Shown here: positions 1 through 8,535 of the stretch, piece by piece
Layout: each line of letters begins with the position of its first letter
Numbering within the stretch: position 1 is the stretch's first letter
NCBI GenBank assembly: GCA_963663405.2
Contig: CAXXSM010000131.1
Coordinates: 1 to 43,056, forward strand
DNA: 43,056 nt
Source of the DNA: a bacterium
GTDB taxonomy: Bacteria; Hinthialibacterota; Hinthialibacteria; Hinthialibacterales; Hinthialibacteraceae
Reading direction: 5' to 3'
Program-made: the position numbers and the translations under genes
Notes under the pieces: model-generated
What the model was told of the DNA's origin: nothing
Databases searched by the model: none
What the model saw: the letters and a program-made list of their open reading frames with translations, nothing else

Positions 1-367
1 GCCGGGTCAACAACGCCATGACTTTTAAATTTTTCCCGGCGGAGACTCGTGGAGCGAGAATCAGGAAAAAGATATAGACCGGCTCTCCATCCAACGCGTC
101 AAAGTCCACACCATTCGGCACTGTCCCACAGGCGATGCAGATTTCTTTGACTTCCGCGCATTTCGCGTGGGGCAGCGCCACTCCGTGTCCGATTCCTGTG
201 CTCCCTGTTTCTTCCCGTTCAATCAGCGCGTCATAAATCACATTCCGGTGAGGCAGTTTTTTGACTGACACCAATAAATCGACCAATTCGGCGATCATAT
301 CTTTCTTGGTTTTGCTCTCTAAAGGCACTTTAATGCATCGAGGTGAAATCATATCCAGGAGATTCAT
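1..367 (-). CDS. PTS EIIA domain protein (PtsN / fructose-mannitol EIIA type), 3' end outside window
   Basis: Manual translation from ATG at 367: MNLLDMISPRCIKVPLESKTKKDMIAELVDLL...LIEREETGSTGIGHGVALPHAK...GVDFDALDGEPVYIFFLILAP. The ERE..GSTGIG.GVA.PH motif with the phosphorylated His is the EIIA signature. Not in the supplied ORF track. Confidence 0.93.
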   Translation of the reverse strand, partial: MNLLDMISPRCIKVPLESKTKKDMIAELVDLLVSVKKLPHRNVIYDALIEREETGSTGIGHGVALPHAKCAEVKEICIACGTVPNGVDFDALDGEPVYIFFLILAPRVSAGKNLKVMALLTR

Positions 368-711
368 GACGATTTTTCCAATTCCTGACGTTACGGCGAA
401 TGAATTCAGGATCATCCCACCTGGCTGGATAATACTGCCTGGAGCCATTGGAAGGATTTATTAAACACGTGGTGATTGATCGCCGTTTCGTCAATCCTAA
501 CCCATTAACTTAGTCTTACCGCTCCTGCCAGATTCTTCCTATACGTCCAAATAGTATAGAGGAAGAGAATCCCTGGTTTGACCATAGGAAAATCATACGC
601 GGGTATTCCATTTATCTTATATCCCGCGGGTAGAAACGGAAACAATAGTATATCTTCTTCCCATAGGAAAGCAGAGTGGGCCTGCGCCACGGGGAATTCA
701 ACATAATTTGA

Positions 712-1812
712 TTAGTAATAGCATTCCCAATCATCAATCGATGTTAGGGGACCAAGTAATTTTAGATTATCAAGATAGATCGTGCCGATCCCTCCAGAAG
801 GCCCTTCGATGAATACAATCAACTTCCCCATATGCGAAAGATCAACTGTAGAAATCGCGCCGAAGGTCCAAGTAAATGTATCCCACTCATCTCCAACATG
901 CTGAATGAAACCACCGGTGGGTTCTTCTTCCAATCCTTCCGCGTCTTTTAACTTCAGCAGAATGCCGCCCGCCGTTCCATAAATATCGATCGAGATGCCT
1001 TCCGCTTCGCTCCAATCGGTAATATCCAGCTCCTCCACCCAAAGGACATTCCAAGGGCTGGTGTTGTAATCCACTTGCAGGACAGCGGACCCGGAACCCG
1101 CCGGATCGTCCACCACCGTTGTGACAAACGGTCCGGGAAGTAGAGAATAACCCGATGGAATCGAATCTTGCGCGTTGGGATCGTCTTCGATTGAGGTGTC
1201 GTTGTCAAAGTGATCGACTGTGGCGATCACTTCAGCGCTATCACCTGTTCCCCGGATCAATTCAATGGAATCAATATAAATCGTTCCGCTTGTATTCGCT
1301 TGTCCAGCGTCGACAAGCAATTGCATTTCGGTGATGCTATCGAGGAGGATGGGGTATCCAAGCGCGCTATCGATGTATCGAAATTCATAGATTCCATAGT
1401 CATCGCTGCCAGAAACCGTCACATCCGCAAGGTCGCCGGTTCCATAGCCGTCAACATCCACCAGTTTGAGAATAATCCGGCCCGCCGGTCCCGCGATCGC
1501 CATCCGAACCGCGTCGGCTTCACCAAAAAGCGCGCCGGCGTTATCCTCTTGCTGCAAATTGGCGATCACAAAATTCGGCCACAAGTCTTTGTTTTCCCAG
1601 GAAACGCGTAACGCCCCGGAGCCGGTATGAACTTTTTCTGTTTCCAATCCAACTTGAAACGTAGCGGCGGGGGGAGGATTCCATGACGCGTCCGTCCCCA
1701 CTCCATTTGTTGTGGACCGGTCGTTGTCAAAATCGTCCAGATTGACATCCGCGATAACCACTGCTGGGGCTATCAAGAAAAGGCTCGCTAATAGATACTT
1801 AAAAATACGCAT
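712..1812 (-). CDS. Secreted protein with two tandem CBM11/galactose-binding-like domains
   Basis: Signal peptide (MRIFKYLLASLFLIAPAVVIA). Two internal repeats: LDDFDND..GSGALRVSW..IILKLVDVDG..GTIYIDSIELI and VDHFDND..GSAVLQVDY..ILLKLKDAEG..GTIYLDNLKLL. Confidence 0.65.
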   Translation of the reverse strand: MRIFKYLLASLFLIAPAVVIADVNLDDFDNDRSTTNGVGTDASWNPPPAATFQVGLETEKVHTGSGALRVSWENKDLWPNFVIANLQQEDNAGALFGEADAVRMAIAGPAGRIILKLVDVDGYGTGDLADVTVSGSDDYGIYEFRYIDSALGYPILLDSITEMQLLVDAGQANTSGTIYIDSIELIRGTGDSAEVIATVDHFDNDTSIEDDPNAQDSIPSGYSLLPGPFVTTVVDDPAGSGSAVLQVDYNTSPWNVLWVEELDITDWSEAEGISIDIYGTAGGILLKLKDAEGLEEEPTGGFIQHVGDEWDTFTWTFGAISTVDLSHMGKLIVFIEGPSGGIGTIYLDNLKLLGPLTSIDDWECYY

Positions 1813-1956
1813 TTGATACTCTCCCCTTCGTATAGACTTGATACTTGTTTCTTCCCCGTAAGTATCTGAATTGTAATCTTTGTTAGAATTGTATTCAACG
1901 AATGGATGTCGACAAAGTATCTGAAATAAGATTTCTTGAAAAAAGATTCGATCTTG

Positions 1957-3447
1957 CTATGATTCCGTTTGCGATTTTGTTTTCCACTGTGCTCGGAATC
2001 CGAAAAGCAGCGTCACAAGCGCCAACGTTAATAAAACAGCGGAAATAGGGCGGGTGAAGAATGTGGCGATGCTGGCTTCGGGAAGCAGGAGGGTTCGGCG
2101 CAGATTGCTTTCGGCCATTGGACCTAAGATCATCGCCAAAACGACAGGAGAAGCGGGGAAATCCCATCGCTTCATTCCATACCCTATCGCGCCCATCACA
2201 ACCGCCGTCCAGACATCAAAAAGACTGAAACGCAGCGCGTATGCGCCGATCACGCTGAGCGCGCCGATCACAGGCAGAAGAAAACGCTTGTCTACCAAAA
2301 TCGCGCGGGAAATCACGCGGGCGGAAGAAAGTCCAAAAAGAAACATGACCACATTCGCCAGTAGCATGCTGGCAAAAATCGGATAGACAATGTGTGGAGA
2401 ATCGCGAAACAACAGTGGTCCCGGTTGCAGTCCCTGGGTCACCAACGCGCCCAGCATGACCGCCGTGACCGCGTCGCCTGGGACGCCAAGGGTGAGCATG
2501 GGAATCATGGCTCCGCCGGTCGCTCCATTGTTCGCGGCCTCCGCGGCGATGACGCCTTCCACCGCGCCCTGACCGAATCGTTCAGGATTCTTGGATATCC
2601 GTTTCGCTTCGTTATAGCTGACAAACGCGGCGATATCGCACCCCGCGCCGGGCAAACTCCCGATAAACGTGCCAATCAATCCTGATCGGATGAACGTAAA
2701 CCAATTTTGAATGAATTCTTTCATACGTGGGAACGAAAATTTCAACCGTGGAATTTGCATTCGCTCCTGCGCCATTCGCGATATTTCATGAAAAACTTGA
2801 GAAAAAGCGAACAATCCAATCAACGTGGGGATAAAACCAATCCCTTCATACAAATCCGGCCGGCCGAAACAAAAACGGGGCACGCCCAATATCGGATCGG
2901 CTCCCACAGTCGCGATCAGCAGGCCAAATAGCCCCGCCATGATTCCTTTCAAGATATCTTTCCCTGAAATAGACGCGATCGTGCTTAATCCAAACACCGC
3001 GAGGGCGAAATACTCCGGGCTGCTGAATCGAAGGGCGAACCGGGAAAGAATTGGGCTGAAAAAAGTTAAAATGATTACGCTCAACACACCGCCGCAAAAA
3101 CTGGCGCAGGTGGCGATGATAATCGCGCGTCCCGCCTCGCCCCGTTGTGTCATTGGGAATCCATCTAGGACCGTCGCGGCGGCGGCGGGTGTGCCGGGTG
3201 TGCTGATAAGAATGGCTGCGATGGAACCACCATAAATCGCGCCCACGTAAATCCCGATGAGCATCGCCATACTCGCTTCGGGCCCGATATCGAGCTGCAG
3301 CGTCAAAGGCAATAGCAATGTCACACCCATCGTCGCAGTCAAGCCGGGCAGCACACCGATCAATACTCCTAGCACCACTCCCATGATAATGATTCCAAGG
3401 ATGAGAGGCTGCAGAGCGATGCTGAATCCAAGAACAATGTATTCCAT
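1957..3447 (-). CDS. tctA: Tripartite tricarboxylate transporter large permease TctA
   Basis: G.LPGLTATM, YVGAIYGGSI.AIL..TPGTPAAAAT.LDGFPM and EAANNGATGGAMIPMLTLGVPGD motifs; very hydrophobic. Start taken at MEYIV (3447) rather than 3489. Confidence 0.95.
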   Translation of the reverse strand: MEYIVLGFSIALQPLILGIIIMGVVLGVLIGVLPGLTATMGVTLLLPLTLQLDIGPEASMAMLIGIYVGAIYGGSIAAILISTPGTPAAAATVLDGFPMTQRGEAGRAIIIATCASFCGGVLSVIILTFFSPILSRFALRFSSPEYFALAVFGLSTIASISGKDILKGIMAGLFGLLIATVGADPILGVPRFCFGRPDLYEGIGFIPTLIGLFAFSQVFHEISRMAQERMQIPRLKFSFPRMKEFIQNWFTFIRSGLIGTFIGSLPGAGCDIAAFVSYNEAKRISKNPERFGQGAVEGVIAAEAANNGATGGAMIPMLTLGVPGDAVTAVMLGALVTQGLQPGPLLFRDSPHIVYPIFASMLLANVVMFLFGLSSARVISRAILVDKRFLLPVIGALSVIGAYALRFSLFDVWTAVVMGAIGYGMKRWDFPASPVVLAMILGPMAESNLRRTLLLPEASIATFFTRPISAVLLTLALVTLLFGFRAQWKTKSQTES

Positions 3448-3503
3448 TCCTAAATCTATCCAAATATATTTGAAATTTAGTTTCTGCAAATTCTTTCAAT
3501 TAA

Positions 3504-3522
3504 AGCAGCCCTCGCGGCTGCT
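3504..3522 (-). terminator. Short GC-rich hairpin between tctB and tctA (weak terminator or mRNA-stabilising stem)
   Basis: agcagcc-ctcgc-ggctgct forms a perfect 7-bp stem; only a short T run follows on the minus strand. Confidence 0.3.
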
Positions 3523-3578
3523 CGGTCTTACATGATAGAAGTCTGAGAGATAAATTCGCAGATTGGCCTTGAAAGAAT

Positions 3579-4064
3579 CTATCCAAACCATCCCGTAGGA
3601 AGAGGCACTTTCAACAATAATGAAAAAAGAAGATAGATTCCCCCTGTAACACCCAGCGCCCAGAGAGCGATTAACCATGAGCGGCGTTCGCCGAGAAACA
3701 GCATCATCAACGCTAAATAAAGAACTGTAGAGAGCACATAACTGATGAGAGGGATCAGGATTACATACACGATGAGTAGAGCAAGAGTGATTCCCACTCG
3801 TTTGAATTCACGGCGGGAATCGGAAGAATCGGTATCGTTTAATGCTGGTGAAGCGCTGACAAAAGATCGAATTATCAGAATGACACTGCAAATAATTAAT
3901 ATTCCCGCAAGCGCTCGTGGGAAAAATTCAGGGCCTGGACCTATTTCATCCCGGATGAATGATTGGGATAGAGGGAAAACCGCCGCGCAGAAAACGATCA
4001 CCACCAAACCAATGATGATATCCGCGTTGAATCGGGATGGCGAAGTGGCGCCGGAAGAGTTCAC
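3579..4064 (-). CDS. tctB: Tripartite tricarboxylate transporter small permease TctB
   Basis: 161 aa with 4-5 TM segments, GPGPEFFPR motif and C-terminal LLKVPLPTG; lies between tctC and tctA. Confidence 0.9.
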   Translation of the reverse strand: MNSSGATSPSRFNADIIIGLVVIVFCAAVFPLSQSFIRDEIGPGPEFFPRALAGILIICSVILIIRSFVSASPALNDTDSSDSRREFKRVGITLALLIVYVILIPLISYVLSTVLYLALMMLFLGERRSWLIALWALGVTGGIYLLFSLLLKVPLPTGWFG

Positions 4065-5023
4065 AAGCCCAATTCCTGAATCAATGCAGTGATACTTTCC
4101 GATTCTTGACGCATAAACGCGGTAAATTCCTTTGAATTTCTATATTTCAATCCAATCAATCTCTTTTTCGCGGCTTCCTGAAATGTGGGGGATTCGAACG
4201 CTTTGTGGAATCCATCCTCTAAAGTAGCGGCGATCTCTTCAGGCGTAGCCTTTGGAACGCAGAGTCCCCGCCACGTCGCATGAACGAGATCGTAGCCCTG
4301 TTCTTTCAACGTTGGGATATCGGGAAGGAACGGATCACGCTCTTCCGACATGATCCCCAGGCAGCGCAGTGTGCCAAGTTGAATATCCTGCAGCGCTTCG
4401 GTTGGACTTACGGGAACGGCGTCTATATGTTTGCCGATCAGCTGTGTGATCGCTGGTTTGGCTCCATCAAAGGGAATATGTGTAAATTGTGTGTTAGACA
4501 GTTTTTCCAGTTTGACCGAACCTAAATGCCAGACTGCGCCTAAACCGGAATTGCCCATGGTTACTTTTTTGGGATTTTCACGGGCGTAATCGAGAAATTC
4601 TTTCAACGTTTTCCAGGGAGAATCGGAATGAACGGTGATCGCGCCGGGATCTTGATTCAATTGCATGAGCGCTTTGAAATCCGTATCATCGATCTGCGCC
4701 CGTTTCAATGCTTTATAACCACACAGTTCATACGTCACCATTGTCACGGTGTATCCGTCCGGCCGGGCGTTGATGCCTTGCGCATGTCCCATAACTCCCG
4801 AACCGCCGACTTGGTTGATCACATTCACGGGCACGTTAAACACTGTGGACGCTTCCTGCGCAATGAGTCTCGCGAGCCGGTCGGTTCCTCCTCCCGCCGC
4901 CCAGGGCACAACGATGGAGATGGGTTTCGATGGGAACGGGGCTGGTTCAGACGAACATCCCGTTAAGATTAAACATCCAGCGATGAATAAAAGAATTCGT
5001 TTCATTTTTGACCTCAATTGCAT
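4061..5023 (-). CDS. tctC: TTT substrate-binding protein TctC (Bug family), lipoprotein
   Basis: FPSKPISIVVPWAAGGGTD..AR, NQVGGSG, ARPDGYT and PDIPTLKEQG motifs; lipobox LILTGC. Confidence 0.95.
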   Translation of the reverse strand: MQLRSKMKRILLFIAGCLILTGCSSEPAPFPSKPISIVVPWAAGGGTDRLARLIAQEASTVFNVPVNVINQVGGSGVMGHAQGINARPDGYTVTMVTYELCGYKALKRAQIDDTDFKALMQLNQDPGAITVHSDSPWKTLKEFLDYARENPKKVTMGNSGLGAVWHLGSVKLEKLSNTQFTHIPFDGAKPAITQLIGKHIDAVPVSPTEALQDIQLGTLRCLGIMSEERDPFLPDIPTLKEQGYDLVHATWRGLCVPKATPEEIAATLEDGFHKAFESPTFQEAAKKRLIGLKYRNSKEFTAFMRQESESITALIQELGL

Positions 5024-5049
5024 CTGTTTTTTGTCAGATCCATTAGCGT

Positions 5050-5128
5050 GTAGGGTGGATCGCGTCTTTTTGACCTACCATTTTCGTGAATCATTCCCGG
5101 TGGATCGATAAAGTGTGAGGCGCCCTAC
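5050..5128. repeat. Degenerate GTAG-family REP doublet (REPIN-like)
   Basis: Starts gtagggtggatcgcgtctttttgacctacc (5050-5079) and ends ggtggatcgataaagtgtgaggcgccctac (5099-5128), i.e. GTAGGG...CCCTAC inverted ends with internal GGTGGATCG repeats; intergenic. Confidence 0.5.
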
Positions 5129-5878
5129 CTAAATTCGGTTATGTTTTTGCACCGCTTTGCGAATGGATTTCAATTCTTTTACCGTTTTGGCGGTTATGGC
5201 TTCTTTGGCTTCCAATTCCTGCGCTAGACGGAGAATTTCTTCCGCATGCTCTTTAGGCACGACAACGACGCCGTCACGATCTCCTATAATAATGTCGCCC
5301 GGATTAACGGTCACGCCTCCGCATAGGACCGGCGCATTCTTCGCCGTGTTGACATAGCGCCCCAATGAATTGGATGGAACGATTCCTCTTGTAAACACTG
5401 GAAAATTCATAGCTTCAATTTCGGTCACGTCCCGGCATCCGGCGTCCATCACCGCGCCGGCGAATCCCCTAGAGGACGCGCCTGTGCACATAATCCCACC
5501 AAACGCGGCCACATCCGCTCCATCCGGCCCATCCATCACGAGGACGAGAACATGTCCGGGCGCGCAGGTGTCAACCAGTTCCAGCGCCATCGAGGGCGGT
5601 TCGCTTTTCGTGGAGGGTTTTGAGAGTACCGTCACCGCGCGGCCCGCCATCTTGACGGGGAAGAGCGGTTTGATCTCATGCGACATAAATCCCCGGCGGC
5701 CTGTGATCGTATCCACTGCGTCTGAAATTGACGCGGTGGCCAAGTGGGTAAATTCTTCACACAACGGATCTGGATGTTGGCTTGTTTTTGTAGGCGCCGT
5801 CACGCAGCCCACAAGTCCAGTCAGCCCCAGCATCAATAAAAACAACCTGACATAGTTAACCGTACGTTTTTCAATCAT
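5129..5878 (-). CDS. RraA / HMG-CHA aldolase family protein with N-terminal lipoprotein signal
   Basis: ATASISDAVD, GRAVTV, AAFGGIM, AVMDAGCRD, FPVF, GGVTVNPGDIIIGDRDGVVVVP motifs; N-terminus has a hydrophobic stretch ending in LVGC. Confidence 0.88.
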   Translation of the reverse strand: MIEKRTVNYVRLFLLMLGLTGLVGCVTAPTKTSQHPDPLCEEFTHLATASISDAVDTITGRRGFMSHEIKPLFPVKMAGRAVTVLSKPSTKSEPPSMALELVDTCAPGHVLVLVMDGPDGADVAAFGGIMCTGASSRGFAGAVMDAGCRDVTEIEAMNFPVFTRGIVPSNSLGRYVNTAKNAPVLCGGVTVNPGDIIIGDRDGVVVVPKEHAEEILRLAQELEAKEAITAKTVKELKSIRKAVQKHNRI

Positions 5879-6152
5879 GATTTTCCCATTCTCATTGCGA
5901 TTGCGTTCGGCCCCAATTCATGGATTTGATTCTTTCACTATACCATTCGTTCGGCAAGTCTCAAGAAGCGAATCCACATTCCCGCGTTGGAAACGAAAGG
6001 TTCCTAGTTGCCGCTTCTCATTGTAAAGAATGTATCTATAATCAATATATCGTTGTTATATCCATCTACATTTCAGTTCAATCGTGACATGAAAAAATAT
6101 TTGGGGGAGAGAGTCTCGATAATCAACAAATGAATTGCGTGGTATTAAAGAA

Positions 6153-6722
6153 ATGAAATCGCCTGCCTTCACACTGATCGAGTTACTGATTGTTGTCGCA
6201 ATTATTGGGATCCTCGCGGCGATCGCGGTTCCTAATTTTATCAATGCGCGAATGCGGGCCTCGATCGCGAAGATCCAAGCCGATGGGAAAGCGCTGGCGA
6301 CGGCGTTGGAATCGTATAAAATCGATCGGAATAACTATCCTGTCGATGCGACAAACCTGAATCCAGTCGGGCTGTATATGCTTACCACGCCCGTTTCTTA
6401 CATGTCATATATCCCACTCGATCCCCTTCTGCCGGTCACATACGAAGATGTCGAAGGGGAAGCGATCGGCCCGTTTCTCGAAATGGGAACCGACACGCCC
6501 TGGACCAGTGATTCGTCTACCAGAATATTAGGAACCTGGTCTCTCACATCCGGCGGCCCCGATCATGACGATGACACACAGGGACAAACCGGTTGGCCCT
6601 ATGGCACAAGCTGGTACGACTTTGACGCGAGCAATGGACTGAATTCCAATGGAGATATCTTTATGATGGGAGGCAGTTGGATGGGGGGCAATTTCACCCG
6701 GAACGGCCGCCCAAACCGGTGA
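6153..6722 (+). CDS. Prepilin-type N-terminal cleavage/methylation domain protein (GspG / type IV pilin-like)
   Basis: MKSPA|FTLIELLIVVAIIGILAAIAVPNF class III signal with E5; ALESYKIDRNNYP and WSLTSGGPD are GspG-like motifs. Confidence 0.88.
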   Translation: MKSPAFTLIELLIVVAIIGILAAIAVPNFINARMRASIAKIQADGKALATALESYKIDRNNYPVDATNLNPVGLYMLTTPVSYMSYIPLDPLLPVTYEDVEGEAIGPFLEMGTDTPWTSDSSTRILGTWSLTSGGPDHDDDTQGQTGWPYGTSWYDFDASNGLNSNGDIFMMGGSWMGGNFTRNGRPNR

Positions 6723-6732
6723 TAAATTAATT

Positions 6733-8244
6733 CTAGTTCTTCCCAGCGAATGGAATTGTTCTTTCCCGCCAAAGATAAACAGCGCCTACTACAACCATCC
6801 CGATCGGAACTAAAAAAAGAAGCGTAATAAGATTCTGATCTTGCGCCATACGGAAAATGAGCAGATCAGGGCCATCCAGAAAGATGTATTTCCAATGTAA
6901 AGCCGGATTGGAGAAGTGCGGAAGATAGATGATGAACTTCATAATAAATTGATGCTGATTGGGCGGCCAATATTGAAGCGTCCGGTGAACTGTCATCACG
7001 GCGTCCACGGCCAATCCCAGGAATTGGATGAAGACCGATAGGGAAATGAATAATCCCCATCCAATCCGCTTGGTGGATCGATCGAATAACTCCCGGTCAA
7101 GGAAAAAGGATGAGGCTAAGATCATCAAAATCGGCGTAATTTGATAGATATGACGCGGCCCCCAATCATATCCACCCGCCCAGTTCTGCCATTTTGACAT
7201 AAAGACTAAGTAACAACCGCAGAGACACACCAGCCCGCCTGTGAACCAGGGATCGCGCTTCCATAATCGCCACGCGCCCCACGCCGTAAAGATCAAAGGA
7301 GGCGAATAGAGGAAGAGACTGCGTCCGGGAGTGAATAGAAATCCATGCAAACCGGTTAAAAGCGGTGTTATAAACCGGACTTTCTCCGCTTGATCCTCAT
7401 ATCCGGTGGAGAAAGGAGAGCCGAAGCGGTAGTAATTATATAAACCGATGATTGCGATTACAGCGAGAAAAGGAACCGAAAACAGCAGTGTCCGTTTCCA
7501 ATTTACATACAGCCGGAATTGTGTTTCCTCCCTTCGCACAAACAGGAACCACAAAGCCGCTGGGGCAGTGAAAACCGTGTCCACCCGCGTCAGAAGCGCG
7601 TACGCCCAGAAAACGCCCGCCCAGACGATCCAGCGGGATTCATCGGGCCGCGCCCGCGCTTGTAGAAACGACCAAATTACCCCCATCAAGCAGAATGCGG
7701 TCAGTGGTTCGGTGAAAAACGTCCGCCCGTGCGGCCATTGATATGTACAGAATGCCAACAGCAGCGCAAAAAAAACCGCCACAGTTTCCCGCATACCGAG
7801 CCGCCGGAGAATCGCCGCGAAAAGAATCGTTGTCATCGCGGAAAGGACCATAGTAAAGAGCGTGATCCACCAGCGGAGGAATCGTGTCCCCGCGAAATTC
7901 ATTTCGTCGACGTTCGCCAGCTGGTTGGCGGATGTATCGTTGCTTGGATCGATCCACAAACCAAGAAGAAGCCAGGGCGTGGATAAAATAGGCAGGCCCA
8001 GCCCATATTGGGCGTATTCCCGCCCATCCATTCCCGTTTTCGACGCGAATCCTTCCGCATACGTTGGAATCGCGCCCCATTGGCCCTCAAGAAGCGAGAG
8101 CGTAGTACGCAAGTTGATCCGTTCATCCGGTGTTGTGAGAAAATGCGCGGGTGAAAATGTGATATACGTCCCAAAAACGATCAGAAAAAGCGCGATGAAC
8201 GTTCCCCGGCTTAAAGTTTCATTCCCTGTCCCGGTTTGTTTCAT
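6733..8244 (-). CDS. Polytopic membrane protein, GT-C fold glycosyltransferase-like (ArnT/PMT-like)
   Basis: About 11-13 TM segments; acidic PDE in the first loop; FFTEP, LLTR, YNYYRFGSPF and WGPRH motifs. Confidence 0.65.
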   Translation of the reverse strand: MKQTGTGNETLSRGTFIALFLIVFGTYITFSPAHFLTTPDERINLRTTLSLLEGQWGAIPTYAEGFASKTGMDGREYAQYGLGLPILSTPWLLLGLWIDPSNDTSANQLANVDEMNFAGTRFLRWWITLFTMVLSAMTTILFAAILRRLGMRETVAVFFALLLAFCTYQWPHGRTFFTEPLTAFCLMGVIWSFLQARARPDESRWIVWAGVFWAYALLTRVDTVFTAPAALWFLFVRREETQFRLYVNWKRTLLFSVPFLAVIAIIGLYNYYRFGSPFSTGYEDQAEKVRFITPLLTGLHGFLFTPGRSLFLYSPPLIFTAWGAWRLWKRDPWFTGGLVCLCGCYLVFMSKWQNWAGGYDWGPRHIYQITPILMILASSFFLDRELFDRSTKRIGWGLFISLSVFIQFLGLAVDAVMTVHRTLQYWPPNQHQFIMKFIIYLPHFSNPALHWKYIFLDGPDLLIFRMAQDQNLITLLFLVPIGMVVVGAVYLWRERTIPFAGKN

Positions 8245-8441
8245 TCTTCTATCCCTTTATCAAATCAATCCGTGAAGGACGAGCCAGAAATCCATATTGG
8301 AAAGGACATAGTCCTCTGTGATGTTTTCTTAGATGGTTGTAAACTACCATTGATGTGATATACTACTCCCCCGCAAGAGGGAATGCTACTGGTTGAATGA
8401 TTCATGAATACCATCCTGATATGAGATAACTACGAGCAGAA

Positions 8442-8489
8442 CAAAATGAGTTGCGATAGCGTATGTCATAGCTCCAGAAACTCATTTTG
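8442..8489. repeat. Small inverted-repeat element, copy A
   Basis: caaaatgagtt (8442-8452) and aactcattttg (8479-8489) form a perfect 11-bp IR; shares its ends with 20167-20224. Confidence 0.7.
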
Positions 8490-8535
8490 ATATAAATCAT
8501 CTAAATTCAATGAATAATAGAAAAGGGCTCTGATT

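Noticed and set aside
3448-3489. TTG start extension of tctA
   Set aside because: ATG 3447 gives a typical TctA N-terminus; the extension is AT-rich and spacer-like.
2054-5855. Many plus-strand ORFs of 60-160 aa over the tct operon, and similar antisense or nested ORFs throughout the window
   Set aside because: They overlap well-supported genes and have no recognisable motifs; these are shadow ORFs.
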